From NCBI GenBank assembly GCA_032718475.1, contig JAUCBJ010000028.1:1-45524 (forward strand): a DNA stretch of 45,524 nt, read 5' to 3'. The notes under the pieces were generated by a model. That model was not told the origin of the DNA, did no database searches, and saw only the letters and a list, made by a program, of their open reading frames with translations. The translations under genes and the position numbers were made by a program. Below, piece after piece: positions 32,885 through 44,630 of the stretch (positions are counted from its first letter, which is position 1; every line of letters starts with the position of its first letter). The DNA is from Nemertoderma westbladi (lineage: Eukaryota > Animalia > Xenacoelomorpha).

Positions 32885-34151
32885 TCCACGAAGCTAAGGA
32901 AAATCAACTACTTTCGCTAAGAAAGATTTTCCTTAGCTGAGATGGTGTATTCATAGTGGGCTATTTTACTTGTGTGAGGCAGATTTGGTTTTTTTTGGTC
33001 GGGGAAAAAACTAGCCTTTAAAAGTACCCTGAAATTTTGCATGTATATACAACTCATCAAGGCGCGTCGTGTGGGATGGGTCTCATCTCCAGGAAAAATC
33101 TGGTTTCCATGGCAACGGACTTAGAAAAAAGTCTATGTATTTCAAGTCAATATTTGTAACTCTATTTGTAGGAAAACTATAATACATATAAACTTGGGGT
33201 TTCTCAACACAACTATAAGGTCCATAGCAGAGCCGATTGAGGTTAAATAGAAAATCCAGTTACCTTCGCAACCAGGCTAAACAGATGTTAAAATTTTTAA
33301 AATGTTAATTTGAAGCCTAAGGTTAAGGTGTGATGACTTGGGACCAATCCCTACCCCCACTATATAAATTATTCTGCGTCCGAATTTGATTGTTCTATTT
33401 TGCAGTTACCTTGACAACCGCTGAAAACAGATGTTTTTATACGAAAATTATTCATTTGTACATAGACTTCGCTATAAAATTTTACGAAACTAGGTATGTG
33501 TTATCTGGACCACTAGTTGGAACTTTTAGTGAAACTCAAAACATTCCAGAAATATCTAGTTACCATGGTAACTGTAGTTTTTTTAAAGTTATATATCATT
33601 CAAGTCTATAATCATAACTCTATTTGGAGAAAAACTGTAATATATATAAACTTGGGGTTTTGCAACTCATCTATAAGGTCCATATACAAGCCGTTCGAAG
33701 TTAATTAGAAAATCCATTTACCATAGCAACAAGAGTAAACAGATGTTAAAATTAATAAAATGATAATTTGAAGCACAATTTAATAGTATTATGACTTGGG
33801 ACCAACACCTACCCCCACTATATGACTTATTCTGCATCCGAATTACATTGTTCTATTTTTCAGTTTCCATGACAACCACTGCAAACAGATGCATTTTGAT
33901 AGAAAATCTGTAATTTGGACATAAACTACAATATTTTCTGAAACTCGATGTGTTATCTGAAAAACAATCTGGACTGAATCTTTTTTCAAAGGTAAAACCA
34001 ACAGTTCCAGAGAACTCTAGTTTCCATGGGAATAGAAGTTATTTATTGGCAAATGCTACTAAACTAGGCTAAGCAACGAACCAAATTGTGGCCGTTTGTT
34101 TAATTTTCCTTAGCTTCGTGGTTGCATTTCCTTTAGGAAATGCCTTTCTAG
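32885..34151 (+). mobile_element. Helitron-like H3 (full length)
   Basis: A|TCCACG...hairpin...CTAG|T. Confidence 0.88.
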
Positions 34152-34202
34152 TATATTAAGTCAGATTATAATTATAAGTTATGCACAGTTTACTATTTTT
34201 AA

Positions 34203-35147
34203 TCCACGAAGCTAAGGAAAATCAACTACTTTCGCTAAGAAAGATTTTCCTTAGCTGAGATGGTCTATTCATAGTGGGCTATTTTACTTGTGTGAGGCAG
34301 ATTTGGGGTTTTTTGATAGGCGAAAAAACTAGCCTTTAAAAGTACCCTGAAATTTTGCATGTATATACTACTCGACGAGGCGCATCTTTTGGGCCGGGTC
34401 TCATATCCAGGAAAAATCTGGTTTCCATGGCAACGGACTTCAAAAAAAGTCTATGTATTTCAAGTCAATATTTATAACTCTATTTGTAGGAAAACTATAA
34501 TAGATATAAACTTGGGGTTTCGCAACACAACTATAAGGTCCATAGCAGATCCGATTGAGGCTAAATAGAAAATCCAGTTACCTTGGCAACCGGGATAAAC
34601 AGATGTTAAAATTTATAAAATGTTAATTTGAAGCCTAAGCCTGAATTTCTCAACTCAACTATAAGGTTCATATCCAAGCCGTTCGAGGTTAATTAGAAAT
34701 TCCAGTCACCATAGCAACAAGACTAAACAGATATTAAAATTTATAAAATGATAATTTGAAGCACAAGTTAATAGTATTATGACTTGGGACCAACACCTAC
34801 CCCCACTATATGACTTATTCTGCATCCGAATTACATTGTTCTATTTTTCAGTTTCCATGACAACCACTACAAACAGATGCATTTTGATAGAAAATCGGTA
34901 ATTTGGACATAAACTACAATATTTTCTAAAACTCAGTACATGTGTTATCTGAACCACAATCTGTACTGAATTTTTTTTCAAAGGTTAAAGCAACAGTTCC
35001 AGCGAACTCTAGTTTCCATGGGAATAGAAGTTAATTATTGACAATTGCTACTAAACGAGGCTAAGCAAGCAACGAACCAAAGTGTGGCCGTTTGTTTAAT
35101 TTTCCTTAGCTTCGTGGTTGCATTTCCTTTAGGAAATGCCTTTCTCG
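34203..35147 (+). mobile_element. Helitron-like H4 (internal deletion, CTCG end)
   Basis: A|TCCACG...hairpin...CTCG|T. About 300 bp shorter because of a deletion near 34640. Confidence 0.88.
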
Positions 35148-35162
35148 TACAGAAGGTTCAGA

Positions 35163-36237
35163 TCCACGAAGCTAAGGAAAATCAACTACTTTCGCTAAGA
35201 AAGATTTTCCTTAGCTGAGATGGTCTATTCATAGTGGGCTATTTTACTTGTGTGAGGCAGATTTGGGGTTTTTTGATAGGCGAAAAAACTAGCCTTTAAA
35301 AGTACCCTGAAATTTTGCATGTATATACTACTCGGCGAGGCGCATCTTTTGGGCCGGGTCTCATATCCAGGAAAAATCTGGTTTCCATGGCAACGGACTT
35401 CAAAAAAAGTCTATGTATTTCAAGTCAATATTTATAACTCTATTTGTAGGAAAACTATAATAGATTTAAACTTGGGGTTTTGCAACACAACTATAAGGTC
35501 CATAGCAGATCCGATTGAGGCTAAATAGAAAATCCAGTTACGTTGGCAACCGGGATAAACAGATGTTAAAATTTATAAAATGATAATTTGAGGCCTAAGG
35601 GCAAGGTGTTATGACTTGAGACCAACCCCTACCCCCACTATATAACTTATTCTGCATCCGAATTACATTGTTCTATTTTTCAGTTACCATGACAACAGCC
35701 GAAAACAGATGTTTTTATACAAAAATTATTCATTTGGACATAGACTTCGCGATAAAATTTTACAAAACTGGGTATGTGTTATCTGCACCACTAGTTGGAA
35801 CTTTTAGTGAAACTTAAATCATTCCAGAAATTTAGTTACCATGGTAACTGTAGTTTATTAAACTCTATATCATTCAAGTCTATATTGATAACTCTATTTC
35901 TAGCAAAACTGTAATATATATAAACTTGGGGTTTTGTAACTCATCTATAATTTCCATATCCATCCAAGCCGTTTGAGGTTAATTAGAAAGTACAGTTACC
36001 ATAGCAACAAGACTAAACAGATGTTACTATTTATAAAATGATAATTTGAAGCACAAGTTAATAGTATTATGACTTGGGACCAAGACCTACCCCCACTATA
36101 TGACTTATTCTGCATCCGAATTACATTATTATATTTTTCAGTTTCCATGACAACCACTGCAAACAGATGCATTTTGATAGAAAATCGGTAATTTGGACAT
36201 AAACTACAATATTTTCTGAAACTCGGTATATGTGTTA
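35163..36237 (+). mobile_element. Helitron-like H5 (3'-truncated, fused to H6)
   Basis: Starts A|TCCACG. Breaks at ...GTGTTA, where intact copies continue TCTGAA. Confidence 0.88.
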
Positions 36238-37490
36238 TCCACGAAGTTAAGGAAAATCAACTACTTTCGCTAAGAAAGATTTTCCTTAGCTGAGATGGTC
36301 TATTCATAGTGGGCTGTTTTACTTGTATGGAGCAGATTTAGTGTTTTTTGATAGGTGAAAAAACTAGCCTTTAAAAGTACCCTGAAATTTTGCATGTATA
36401 TACAACTCATCAAGGCGCGTCGTGTGGGATGGGTCTCATATCCAGGAAAAATCTGGTTTCCATGGCAACGGACTTAGAAAAAAGTCTATGTATTTCAAGT
36501 CAATATTTGTAACTCTATTTGTAGGAAAACTATAATACATATAAACTTGGGGTTTCCCAACACAACTATAAGGTCCATAACAGAGCCAATTGAGGTTAAA
36601 TAGAAAATCCAGTTACCTTGGCAACCGGGCTAAACAGATGTTAAAATTTTTAAAATGTTAATTTGAAGCCTAAGGTTAAGGTGTGATGACTTGGGACCAA
36701 TCCCTACCCCCACTATATAACTTATTCTGCGTCCGAATTTGATTGTTCTATTTTGCAGTTACCATGACAACCGCTGAAAACAGATGTTTTTATACAACAA
36801 TTATTCATTTGGACATAGACTTCACGATAAAATTTTACAAAACTGGGTATGTGTTATCTGGACCACTAGTTGGAACTTTTAGTGAAACTCAAAACATTCC
36901 AGAAATATCTAGTTACCATGGTAACTGGAGCTTATTAAAGTCAATATCATTCAAGTCTATATTTTTAACTCTTGTTTGTAGGAAAACTGTATTAGATATA
37001 AATATTGGGTTTCCCAACTCAACTATAAGGAAGGTCCTTAGAGGAGCCAATTGTGGTTAATTAGAAAATCCAGTTACCTTGGTAACCAGGCTAAACAGAT
37101 GTTATAATTTAAAAAATTATAATTAGAAACACAAGTTAAAGGCATTATGACTTGGGACCAACCCCTACCACCATAATATCACTTATTCTGCATCCAATCT
37201 ACGTTGTTCTATTTGCCAGTTACCTTGACAACCACTGCAAACAGACTTTTTAACAAATTAATAATTAATTTTGCACATAAACTACTCAATGAAGCTTCCT
37301 TGAAGTCGATGTGTCACCTGGAACCACAAACTAGATCTTAATGTAAAACTCAGCATTTCTAGAAAAGTCCAGTTACCTTGGCAATACCGGGAGTTCTTTT
37401 AACTCGGTAAATCAATGAACTGATGAGTCAAAGAGTGTCTAATTTTCCTTAGCTTCGTGGTTGCATTTCCTTTAGGAAATGCCTTTCTAG
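36238..37490 (+). mobile_element. Helitron-like H6 (full length, divergent second half)
   Basis: A|TCCACGAAGTTAAGG...CTAG|T. The segment ~37030-37440 differs clearly from the other copies. Confidence 0.88.
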
Positions 37491-37597
37491 TAGGCTCAGC
37501 ACAATAGTATTATTTCACACAGTATACTCGGTCACTACCCCGCGTTATTGCTAAATATTGTATTGGGTATCATTTGTATGCCGACGATACACAAATA
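37491..37597 (+). pseudogene. CR1/L2 RT fragment containing the YADD catalytic motif
   Basis: Translates as FTQYTRSLPRVIAKYCIGYHLYADDTQI. After H7 the sequence resumes TATATTTCGTTCAAG = YISFK. Confidence 0.88.
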
Positions 37598-38865
37598 TCC
37601 ACGAAGCTAAGGAAAATCAACTACTTTCGCTAAGAAAGATTTTCCTTAGCTGAGATGGTCTATTCATAGTGGGCTATTTTACTTGTGTGAGGCAGATTTG
37701 GTTTTTTTTGATAGGTGAAAAAACTAGCCTTTAAAAGTACCCTGAAATTTTGCATGTATATACTACTCGACGAGGCGCATCTTTTGGGCCGGGTCTCATA
37801 TCCAGGAAAAATCTGGTTTCCATGGCAACGGACTTCAAAAAAGTCTATGTATTTCAAGTCAATATTTATAACTCTATTTGTAGGAAAACTATAATAGATA
37901 TAAACTTGGGGTTTCTCAACTCAACTATAAGGTCCATAGCAGAGCCGATTGAAGTTAAATAGAAAATCCAGTTACCTTGGCAACCAGGCTAAACAGATGT
38001 TAAAATTTATAAAATGTTAATTTGAAGCCTAAGGTTAAGGTGTTATTACTTGGGACCAACCCCTACCCCCACTATATAAATTATTCTGCGTCCGAATTTG
38101 ATTGTTCTATTTTGCAGTTACCATGACAACCGCTGAAAACAGATGTTTTTATGCAAAAATTACTCATTTGGACATAGACTTCATGATAAAATTTTATGAA
38201 ACTGGGTATGTGTTATCTGGACCACTAGTTGGGACTTTTGGTGAAACTGAAAACATTCCAGAAATATCTAGTTACCATGGTGACTGGAGTTTATTAAAGT
38301 CTATATCATTCAAGTCTAAATTCAATACTCTATTTGTAGCAAAATAATGTAATATATATAAATTTGGGGTTTTGCAACACATCTATAAGGTCCATCCATA
38401 TACAAGCCGTTCCACGTTAATTACACAATCCAGTTACCATAGTAACAAGACTAAACAGATGTTAAAATTTATAAAATTATAATTATTGAAGCACAAGTTA
38501 ATAGTATTATGACTTGGGACCAAGACCTACCCCCATTATATGACTGCATCCGAATTACATTGTTCTATTTTTCAGTTTCCATGACAACCACTGCAAACAG
38601 TTGCATTTTAATAGAAAATCGGTAATTTGGACATAAACTACAATATTTTCTGAAACTTGGTATGTGTTGTCTGAACCACAATCTTTACTGAATCTTTTTT
38701 CAAAGGTAAAACCAACAGTTCCAGAGAACTCTAGTTTCCATGGGAATATAAGTTAATTATTGGCAAATGCTACTAAACGAGGCTAAGCAACGAACCAAAG
38801 TGTGGCCGTTTGTTTAATTTTCCTTAGCTTCGTGGTTGCATTTCCTTTAGGAAATGCCTTTCTAG
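37598..38865 (+). mobile_element. Helitron-like H7 (full length)
   Basis: A|TCCACG...CTAG|T. Removing it restores the reading YADDTQI-YISFK. Confidence 0.9.
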
Positions 38866-38891
38866 TATATTTCGTTCAAGCGAAAAATAGG

Positions 38892-39022
38892 AAAGATAGG
38901 TGTCACCCACGGAGTCCCAGGTCCTGATCCCATCAAAGAGAGGTGTCACCAATATGGAGTCCCAGGTCCCGATCCCAACAAAGAGAGGTGTCACCCAAAC
39001 GGAGTCCTAGGTTCCGATCCTA
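38892..39022 (+). repeat. Start of the second 45-bp satellite array (~3 units), separated from the rest by H8
   Basis: GGTGTCACC...GGAGTCCCAGGTCC units. Confidence 0.9.
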
Positions 39023-40289
39023 TCCACGAAGCTAAGGAAAATCAACTACTTTCGCTAAGAAAGATTTTCCTTAGCTGAGATGGTCTATTCATAGTGGGCT
39101 ATTTTACTTGTATGGAGCAGATTTGGTTTTTTTTGATAGGTAAAAAAACTAGCCTTTAAAAGTACCCTGAAATTTTGCATGTATATACTACTCGACGAGG
39201 CGCATCTTTTGGGCCGGGTCTCATATCCAGGAAAAATCTGGTTTCCATGGCAACGGACTTCAAAAAAAGTCTATGTATTTCAAGTCAATATTTATAACTC
39301 CATTTGTAGGAAAACTATAATAGATATAAATTTGGGGTTTCGCAACACAACTATAAGGTCCATAGCAGATCCGATTGAGGCTAAATAGAAAATCCAGTTA
39401 CCTTGGCAACCGGGATAAACAGATGTTAAAATTTATAAAATGTTAATTTGAGGCCTAAGGGCAAGGTGTTATGACTTGGGACCAACCCCTACCCCCACTA
39501 TATAACTTATTCTGCATCCGAATTACATTGTTCTATTTTTCAGTTACCATGACAACCGCTGAAAACAGATGTTTTTATTCAAAACTTATTCATTTGGACA
39601 TAGACTTCACGATAAAATTTTACAAAACTGGGTATGTGTTATCTGGACCACTAGTTGGAACTTTTAGTGAAACTTAAATTATTCCAGAAATTTAGTTACC
39701 ATGGTAACTGTAGTTTATTAAACTCTATATCATTCAAATCTATATTGATAACTCTATTTGTAGCAAAACTGAAATATATATAAACTTGGGGTTTTGCAAC
39801 TCATCTATAAGATCCATATCCAAGCCGTTTGAGGTTAATTAGAAAATACAGTTACCATAGCAACAAGTCTAAACAGATGTTAAAATTTATAAAATGATAA
39901 TTTGAAGCACAAGTTAATAGTATTATGACTTGGGATTAACCCCTACCCCCACTATATGACTTATTCTGCATCCGAATTACATTGTTCTATTTTTCAGTTT
40001 CCATGACAACCACTGCAAACAGATGCATTTTGATAGAAAATCGGTAATTTGGACATAAACTACAATATTTTCTGAAACTCAGTATATGTGTTATCTGAAC
40101 CACAATCTGTACTGAATTTTTTTTCAAAGGTTAAAGCAACAGTTCCAGAGAACTCTAGTTTCCATGGGAATAGAAGTTAATTATTGACAATTGCTACTAA
40201 ACGAGGCTAAGCAACGAACCAAAGTGTGGCCGTTTGTTTAATTTTCCTTAGCTTCGTGGTTGCATTTCCTTTAGGAAATGCCTTTCTCG
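39023..40289 (+). mobile_element. Helitron-like H8 (full length, CTCG end) inserted in a satellite unit
   Basis: The flanks GTTCCGATCCTA | TTAAAGAGATG rejoin to the satellite variant GTTCCGATCC(C/T)ATTAAAGAGATG. A|T insertion with no TSD. Confidence 0.92.
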
Positions 40290-43200
40290 TTAAAGAGATG
40301 TGTCACCAATATGGAGTCCCAGGTCCCGATCCTAACAAAGAGAGGTGTCACCAATATGGAGTCCCAGGTCACAATCCCAACAAAGAGAGGTGTCACCAAT
40401 ATGGAGTCCCAGGTCCCGATCCTAACAAAGAGAGGTGTCACCAATATGGAGTCCCAGGTCCCGATCCCAACAAAGAGAGGTGTCACCCAAACGTAGTCCC
40501 AGGTCCCGATCCCATCAAAGAGAGGTGTCACCAATATGGAGTCCGATGTCCCGATCCCATCAAAGAGAGGTGTCACCAATATGGAGTCCCAGGTCCCGAT
40601 CCCAACAAAGAGAGGTGTCACCCATAAGGAGTCCAATGTCCCGATCCCATCAAAGGGAGGTGTCACCCATAAGGAGTCCCAGGTCCCGATCCCAACAAAG
40701 GGAGGTGTCACCCAAACGTAGTCCCAGATTCAGATCCCATCAAAGAGAGGTGTCACCCATAAGGAGTCCCATGTCCCGATACCATCAAAAGGAGGTGTCA
40801 CCCATAAGGAGTCCCAGGTCCCGATCCCAACAAAGGGAGGTGTCACCCAAACGTAGTCCCAGATTCAGATCCCATCAAAGAGAGGTGTCACCCATAAGGA
40901 GTCCCATGTCCCGATACCATCAAAAGGAGGTGTCACCCATAAGGAGTCCCAGGTCCCGATCCCATCAAAGGGAGGTGTCACCCATAAGGAGTCCCAGGTC
41001 CCGATCCCATCAAAGGGAGGTGTCACCCATAAGGAGTCCCAGGTTCAGATCCCTTCATAGAGAGCAGCCCCAGGTCCCAATCCCATCAAAGAGAGGAGTC
41101 ACCCATATGGAGTCCCAGGTCCCGATCCCAACAAAGAGAGGTTTCACCCAAATGGAGACCCAGGTCCCGATCCCAACAAAGAGAGGTATCACCCAAATGG
41201 AGACCCAGGTCCCGATCCTAACAAAGTGAGGTGCCACCTCAACGTAGTCCCAAGTACCCGATCCCATCAAAGAGAGGTGTCACCAATATGGAGTCCCAGG
41301 TCCCGATCCTATCAAAGAGAGGTGTCACCCCAACGTAGTCCCAGGTCCCGATCCCATCAAAGAGAGGTGTCACCAATATGGAGTCCCAGGTCCCGATCCC
41401 ATCAAAGAGAGGTGTCACCCATATGGAGTCCCAGGTCCCGATCCCAACAAAGAGAGGTGTCACCAATATGGAGTCCCAGGTTCCGATCCCAACAAAGAGA
41501 GGTGTCACCAATATGGAGTCCCAGGTCCCGATCCCATCAAAGAGAGGTGTCACCAATATGGAGTCCCAGGTCCCGATCCCAACAAAGAGAGGTGTCACCC
41601 ATATGGAGTCCCAGGTCCCGATCCCAACAAAGAGAGGTGTCACCAATATGGAGTCCCAGGTCCCGATCCCAACAAAGAGAGGTGTCACCCAAACGGAGTC
41701 CTAGGTTCCGATCCCATTAAAGAGATGTGTCACCAATATGGAGTCCCAGGTCCCGATCCCAACAAAGAGAGGTGTCACCCAAACGGAGTCCTAGGTCCCG
41801 ATCCCATCAAAGAGAGGTGTCACCAATATGGAGTCCCAGGTCCCGATCCCAACAAAGAGAGGTGTCACCCAAACGGAGTCCTATGTCCCGATCCCATCAA
41901 AGAGAGGTGTCACCAATATGGAGTCCCAGGTCCCGATCCCAACAAAGAGAGGTGTCACCCAAACGGAGTCCCAGCTCCCGATCCCAACAAAGAGAGGTAT
42001 CACCTAAATGGAGTCCCAGGTCCTGATCCCATCAAAGAGAGGTGTCACCAATATGGAGTCCGAGGTCCCGATCCCATCAAAGAGAGGTGTCACCAATATG
42101 GAGTCCCAGGTCCCGATCCCAACAAAGAGAGGTGTCACCCATAAGGAGTCCAATGTCCCGATCCCATCAAAGGGAGGTGTCACCCATAAGGAGTCCCAGG
42201 TCCCGATCCCAACAAAGGGAGTTGTCACCCAAACGTAGTCCCAGATTCAGATCCCATCAAAGAGAGGTGTCACCCATAAGGAGTCCCATGTCCCGATACC
42301 ATCAAAAGGAGGTGTCACCCATAAGGAGCCCCAGGTCCCGATCCCATCAAAGGGAGGTGTCACCCATAAGGAGTCCCAGGTCCCGATCACATCAAAGAGA
42401 GGTGTCACCCAAACGGAGTCCTAGGTTCCGATCCCATTAAAGAGATGTGTCACCAATATGGAGTCCCAGGTCCCGATCCCAACAAAGAGAGGTGTCACCC
42501 AAACGGAGTCCTAGGTCCCGATCCCATCAAAGAGAGGTGTCACCCAAACGGAGTCCTAGGTTCCGATCCCATTAAAGAGGTGTGTCACCAATATGGAGTC
42601 CCAGGTCCCGATCCCAACAAAGAGAGGTGTCACCCAAACGGAGTCCCAGCTCCCGATCCCAACAAAGAGAGGTATCACCTAAATGGAGTCCCAGGTCCCG
42701 ATCCCATCAAAGAGAGGTGTCACCAATATGGAGTCCGAGGTCCCGATCCCATCAAAGAGAGGTGTCACCAATATGGAGTCCCAGGTCCCGATCCCAACAA
42801 AGAGAGGTGTCACCCATAAGGAGTCCAATGTCCCGATCCCATCAAAGGGAGGTGTCACCCATAAGGAGTCCCAGGTCCCGATCCCAACAAAGGGAGTTGT
42901 CACCCAAACGTAGTCCCAGATTCAGATCCCATCAAAGAGAGGTGTCACCCATAAGGAGTCCCATGTCCCGATACCATCAAAAGGAGGTGTCACCCATAAG
43001 GAGTCCCAGGTCCCGATCCCATCAAAGGGAGGTGTCACCCATAAGGAGTCCCAGGTTCAGATCCCTTCATAGAGAGCAGTCCCAGGTCCCAATCCCATCA
43101 AAGAGAGGAGTCACTCATATGGAGTCCCAGATCCCGATCCCAACAAAGAGAGGTTTCACCCAAATGGAGTCCCAGGTCCCGATCCCAACAAAGAGAGGTT

Positions 43201-43400
43201 TCACCCAAATGGAGACCCAGGTCCCGATCCTAACAAAGTGAGGTGCCACCTCAACGTAGTCCCAGGTCCCGATCCCATCAAAGAGAGGTGTCACCAATAT
43301 GGAGTCCCAGGTCCCGATCCTATCAAAGAGAGGTGTCACCCCAACGTAGTCCCAGGTCCCGATCCCATCAAAGAGAGGTGTCACCAATATGGAGTCCCAG
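40290..43400 (+). repeat. Second 45-bp satellite array; mostly a duplicate of ~26250-29315
   Basis: Same order of rare variants at a constant offset of 14,221 bp (ORF-track starts 26315/40536, 27005/41226, 28361/42582). Confidence 0.95.
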
Positions 43401-43946
43401 GGCCGAGTAACTCAAAAAATCTTGAGATTGACCTTGAAATCCACTTCAAGGTCACCTTGAAACTCAAGTTTTACCTTGACTAAAGATTTTCTTGAGTTTC
43501 AGTCAAGCGGGTAACTCAAAGCAATACTTAGTCAAGGTGATACTTGAAATTTCAAGGCTCACCTTGAGTATTAAAGATGGAAGAAGTATTTGTTTATTTC
43601 AGCAGTTGCCTAGGTTATGCAGTGAATCCCATTGCACCTGCAATAATATACAGTAGGCCTACTCAATACAGTACGTTAAAGCGTTTAAGCGTTAAACAGT
43701 TTGGCCTATACAGTATATCGAAGTGACATACTGTATGTGGGAAATATAATCACGGTTGTGAGGGTGAGCAATGTAGTACTTGAACTAAAATTAGGAACTA
43801 TAGAGATGCAACCGGGCTTTAAGGTGGTTGGTTACTAAAATGAATACCGCTTTCACAGGCGATGTGTTGACAGATGGGAGGCCATGATGAGGTAAAGTGC
43901 GGACATACAAGGTATCAGGTAGTATTTCCAGTTCTCCCTTTTACCT

Positions 43947-44024
43947 GAGCCGCTAGCTGAATGGTTAGAGCGTCAGACTTCCATCACGGAGGTCACCAGT
44001 TCGATCCCACCTGAACGCCTTTTT
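43947..44024 (+). pseudogene. tRNA-like pseudogene or tRNA-derived SINE head (TCC at the anticodon position, Gly-like)
   Basis: A box TAGCTGAATGG (43954-43964), loop CTTCCAT, B box AGTTCGATCCC (43998-44008), T-run at 44020-44024. The acceptor and anticodon stems pair poorly, so it is not a functional tRNA. Confidence 0.6.
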
Positions 44025-44431
44025 ACCTAATTTGCTAAGCTGTACCTAACGAAAATTATAATAAAGATTGGGCAAGACATTTCGCAACCTTCGCATTACA
44101 ACCACTACCATTCCAATCAATAGGCTTATTGATGGTTTTATATGACATCCTACGTAATGTTTCTTACCAAAATTTAAAATATATTTAAGCATGTTAGAAG
44201 ACGTCCGTGAGATGATACAATTTGTGTTTTAGCGTCCCCTGACAATTTATTTAACTACATTCCAAGAACAAAATGTTACACGACATGGCGATTAATTTTT
44301 GTATTTATATTTTTTGTGGCACTTCACAGAAATAATATTTCGAAATGTTAGAGGGGAAGCCTATCAGCCTATGGAAACACTTTGTTATTCCCAGACATTA
44401 GTTGCCATACTCAAAACAACATACACCTACA

Positions 44432-44630
44432 TGGTTGGGTGAATTCTTAGCCCGCGTGTATTCTTAACCCACGGGTATTCTTAGCCCGCGAGTTAGTAAA
44501 GGAGCAGGTTAGTAAAGGAGCAGGTTGCAGAGGCGTATTGGGGGAACCAAATCAATAAACGTTATTGTTTTGCGGGCTAAGAATACCCACGGGCTAAGAA
44601 TACTCACCGGGCTAAGAATTCCTGAGACCA
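44432..44630. mobile_element. ~200-bp MITE with three sub-terminal repeats per arm
   Basis: Three copies of (G/T)ATTCTTAGCCC on the left and three of GGGCTAAGAAT on the right; GAATTCTTAGCCCG (44441-44454) is the reverse complement of 44608-44621. Termini TGGT...ACCA. Flanking direct repeat (CA)CCTACA at 44424-44431 and 44629-44636. Confidence 0.8.

Noticed and set aside
35148-35162. Spacer as a fragment of the 45-bp satellite (GGTTCAGATCC match)
   Set aside because: The match is partly supplied by the element's own TCC start. The spacer is better explained as in-frame LINE sequence (IQKVQI).
29951-39677. Recurrent 63-105-aa ORFs (MYILLGEAHLLGR..., MFYFAVT...)
   Set aside because: They recur only because the non-coding Helitron-like unit recurs. 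They have no Rep/helicase motifs and are frameshifted between copies.
29795-40289. Simple tandem satellite of ~1.25-kb units, or an integron-like cassette array
   Set aside because: The spacers are collinear pieces of one LINE and one satellite unit, which shows separate A|T insertions rather than tandem duplication or cassette capture.
20785-43483. The many overlapping repeat ORFs (MESQVPIP..., CHQYGVPGPDP..., VTPLFVGIGTWDS...) as real genes
   Set aside because: They arise in several frames on both strands because 45 is a multiple of 3, and they are broken by recurrent stops and frameshifts. Only the SR-rich frame is kept, as a speculative finding.
43947-44020. Functional tRNA-Gly gene
   Set aside because: The A and B boxes are present but the acceptor, anticodon and T stems do not pair properly.
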